DNA of 63,277 nucleotides, filler included, from Perkinsus chesapeaki ATCC PRA-425 (Eukaryota; Protista; Perkinsozoa): NCBI GenBank assembly GCA_013115145.1. It is 5 parts of 5 records of this genome, joined end to end, with 100 filler letters (N's around TTAATTAATTAA, not from the genome) between each part and the next. Parts side by side here need not be neighbours in the genome. Positions count along the whole stretch, not along the records: positions 59,971 to 61,496 come from JAAPAO010001911.1; positions 61,597 to 63,277 come from JAAPAO010001831.1; 3 more parts are not named here. One strand, 5' to 3'. Shown piece by piece: positions 60,635 to 63,277 of this stretch (position 1 is its first letter; each line of letters starts with the position of its first letter). The notes under the pieces were generated by a model. It saw only the letters and a program-made list of their open reading frames with translations, ran no database searches and was not told where the DNA came from. The position numbers and the translations under genes were made by a program.

Positions 60635-63277
60635 GGTGATGGGAACTGAAGAAATACAATCGATGCATAAGACAGAAACCCGTTAGCGAACTCACAGCTC
60701 CGTTACTAAGCAAGGCTTCGGAACTATCACCCTCAAACGCTTACACGGCTCACAACTCAGCAGCTTCCTAGCTATCACACTGTCCAGGGCGCCATTTCCG
60801 CACATGGCATGTATTGAGAGCACACCATGTACGATGTACCATCTACGAGCTCGCCGAGACAGATGCGCTCTGGTTTAAGGAAGCTCTAGGTCCCGGTTCT
60901 ATAAATAAATGCTCATCGTCGACGGGGAGTCGCACTCATCCTGAGTAGAGCCTGATAGGAGCTAACCTAATGGCTGTGCGGGTCTTGTGCGGAAGGAGTT
61001 TGATGGGAACAGGATGCCAAGCACACCAACTGGGCGGCCAAAGAACTGAAAGCAGAATCTGGGAACTCTACTGGTAGATCAGGAGACATCTATTTCGAGC
61101 AAGTAATGTAGTTAATAATACTAAGTATTTGTCGCGTTGGGTATATTGGGTTTCGTAGACATCTCCGAGAAAGGCTGCGAGGTGCGCCGCGGATTGCCTC
61201 GAACGCGACTACCACTCATCTTGCCATGGCGACCAACAACACTCCCTTCAACTCCGAGGCTCGTGATGTTGCACAGAAAACCGATTTTGGCAAACGCAGA
61301 ATTGAATCACGATTGCGAACGGTTCACTTATACAATAGTTGAGCATCCCAGCATAAAATTCTGTTATCATATTACACTATAGGCGAGAGCGTTACTGGGG
61401 CATTACCTCACAACGAGCAGATGTGCTAGCGGCGTGTATATGAGGATACTCCAACTACCTACTCAAGTGCTCCACTATGGAGCACAGACTAGATTCNNNN
61501 NNNNNNNNNNNNNNNNNNNNNNNNNNNNNNNNNNNNNNNNTTAATTAATTAANNNNNNNNNNNNNNNNNNNNNNNNNNNNNNNNNNNNNNNNNNNNTCGA
61601 GAAAAGAGAGAATAAAACAAGCAACTACGACAAATAAAATGCTTAAGGGGACATAACACTCTGATGGATTCCGATAATAAACATCGAACGGATCGATGTC
61701 GGTAGCTCGAACATCGATAGGGCCTCAGCCAGCGAGCTTAAATTTCGTGTAACGCTGTACACACATTTTTGTTTCAACATTGTCCCATAATATATATATC
61801 TGATTCAGGTGTACGGTTCAAATCTTGTCTTCTGCTTTTCTTTGCATTATCAACTAGAGGCTTTGGGAAGCTTCTCTCTGGTTAGGATGTCCGTTCCAAG
61901 CTCATCTTGGTGAAAGACATACTATTGGCGGAGGATTACCTATAGTATATAGGAGACTTTCGAGCGTGTCTTCGCCGTCTGCTCAGTAATGGTTGACGTA
62001 TAGGACGTTAACTCACGGAACACCAGGGATTATTTGGAATGACAGCATGATGCATGGTCGCTGTACTCGCATGTAACATAGAGAAAGCGAAGTTACTACG
62101 ATTACATTAATCACCCATTACATCCTTTTTAAGTCTTCCGAGAAAAAGCGAAACGGTCCCTAAGCAACATACCAGCACATTTTCAATAATTCTAATCAAA
62201 TTTGATATGCCCGTGTTAACACCAATAACACTTCATCATTGCTGTCCCCGGTATCAACTTGTTTACTTGTACTTACTTGCACTTCCCATTATAGCTGAAG
62301 AGCACGCAGATACATAGAACGGTCGAGTAAATATAATCCAATTATTCGACCTTTTAATTGTTATCATCGTTATCGATCGAGGGAGCAGTGCTGGATTACG
62401 TGTGGGTCTGACTACGACCTCAGTTATGAACGAGCAGCATGTTACAGCCATCACTATAATGTCCTTTTTTACCGAAATGGCTTCCGCCGTTTCGCGCAAA
62501 GACGACAGGCGTGACCGTGTTACGTTTATTGCCAATTTTTATTGGTATCGGATCTCCGGTATCTTTCTGCTGTCACACATATTGATACCTAAGAACTGAA
62601 TTCTAGGAAACCAATCAAAATGACTTCTCTTTGCAAGATATGTTGTTATCCTATACAATCATAGTATAAGGAGGGCTCATCTTTCTTCGAGGGCTTGGAA
62701 GTAGCCATTCCAGGATTACTACGAAAGCGGCGAGTATTTATTGACGGCTCGTATGGTTGGCGAAGAGCCCGATCGATGTACGCCCAAAAACATCAGTGTG
62801 GCTCTTGAGGCGACGGATCCGGAGTCTGTTCTGCGAATACAAGTTGAAGTCTCCCCAACCCATGCCCCTATTGATGAGTACTATGTTGCTGCTCAAACAT
62901 TTAGATACTTATCTGGCAATAACAACTCAATAAATAATGTAATGTCCATCGGAAATAATTCCATTAGCATCATCATCAACAACAACAGTAACAAGCACTG
63001 CACCTAAGCAATGACTTGGAATACATCCTACAACAAGTATGATGGATTACGATGGATGGATATAAAAGGAGTGAGTGTTTAATAAGTGAGTAATGATTAA
63101 GTAGATATCATTGTAGATACAGTATCAAGAACAGAAGACAACAACACAATCTGGCAAACCACAAAGGGAGGAGATATGATAGTTTTAGTGAAGTTAAGAC
63201 TTTTGCCGGCGGTTTAATGATGATTATTATTCCAAGCATCATCGGCATCATAACGAATATAAGTGGAGAAGTCACCA

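Noticed and set aside
61597-63277. Exon-like ORFs in the last contig (e.g. 62741-63007)
   Set aside because: Could not assemble a consistent spliced model or recognise a family.

Overview
Eukaryotic nuclear DNA, not prokaryotic. It is gene-dense with many short GT-AG introns, alveolate-type gene products and assembly gaps padded with a TTAATTAATTAA linker, most consistent with a Perkinsus-like alveolate draft scaffold (inference; no search was run). By manually splicing exons I can support mitoribosomal bL21, an HTTM-domain membrane protein, EMC5, a class I SAM methyltransferase, RAMP4/SERP1, an AsnRS with an N-terminal GST-like domain, an FMN split-barrel protein, an ER thioredoxin-fold protein ending in RDEL, SHMT, TRM1, the N-terminal part of a condensin CAP-D3-like gene, two convergent long-chain acyl-CoA synthetases, a WD40 protein, DNAI4/WDR78-like exons, a secreted degenerate Fe/Mn-SOD-like protein, glycerol-3-phosphate dehydrogenase, COG5 and a papain-family protease. 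Non-coding features are three tRNA genes, a Tc1/mariner-type MITE and four intronic minisatellites. The most unusual signals are: (1) exon tracts nearly identical between the two inverted acyl-CoA synthetase paralogues, one with almost every synonymous site A/T; (2) an unannotated 51-aa secreted six-cysteine peptide gene; (3) the GST-AsnRS fusion; (4) a signal-peptide, possibly membrane-anchored pseudo-SOD; (5) a recurrent 14-mer TGCGCATGCGTGCA; and (6) a 41-46 kb region with a perfect 61-bp palindrome, several hairpins and an ~82% AT island. Gene ends are from manual splicing and are approximate where stated.
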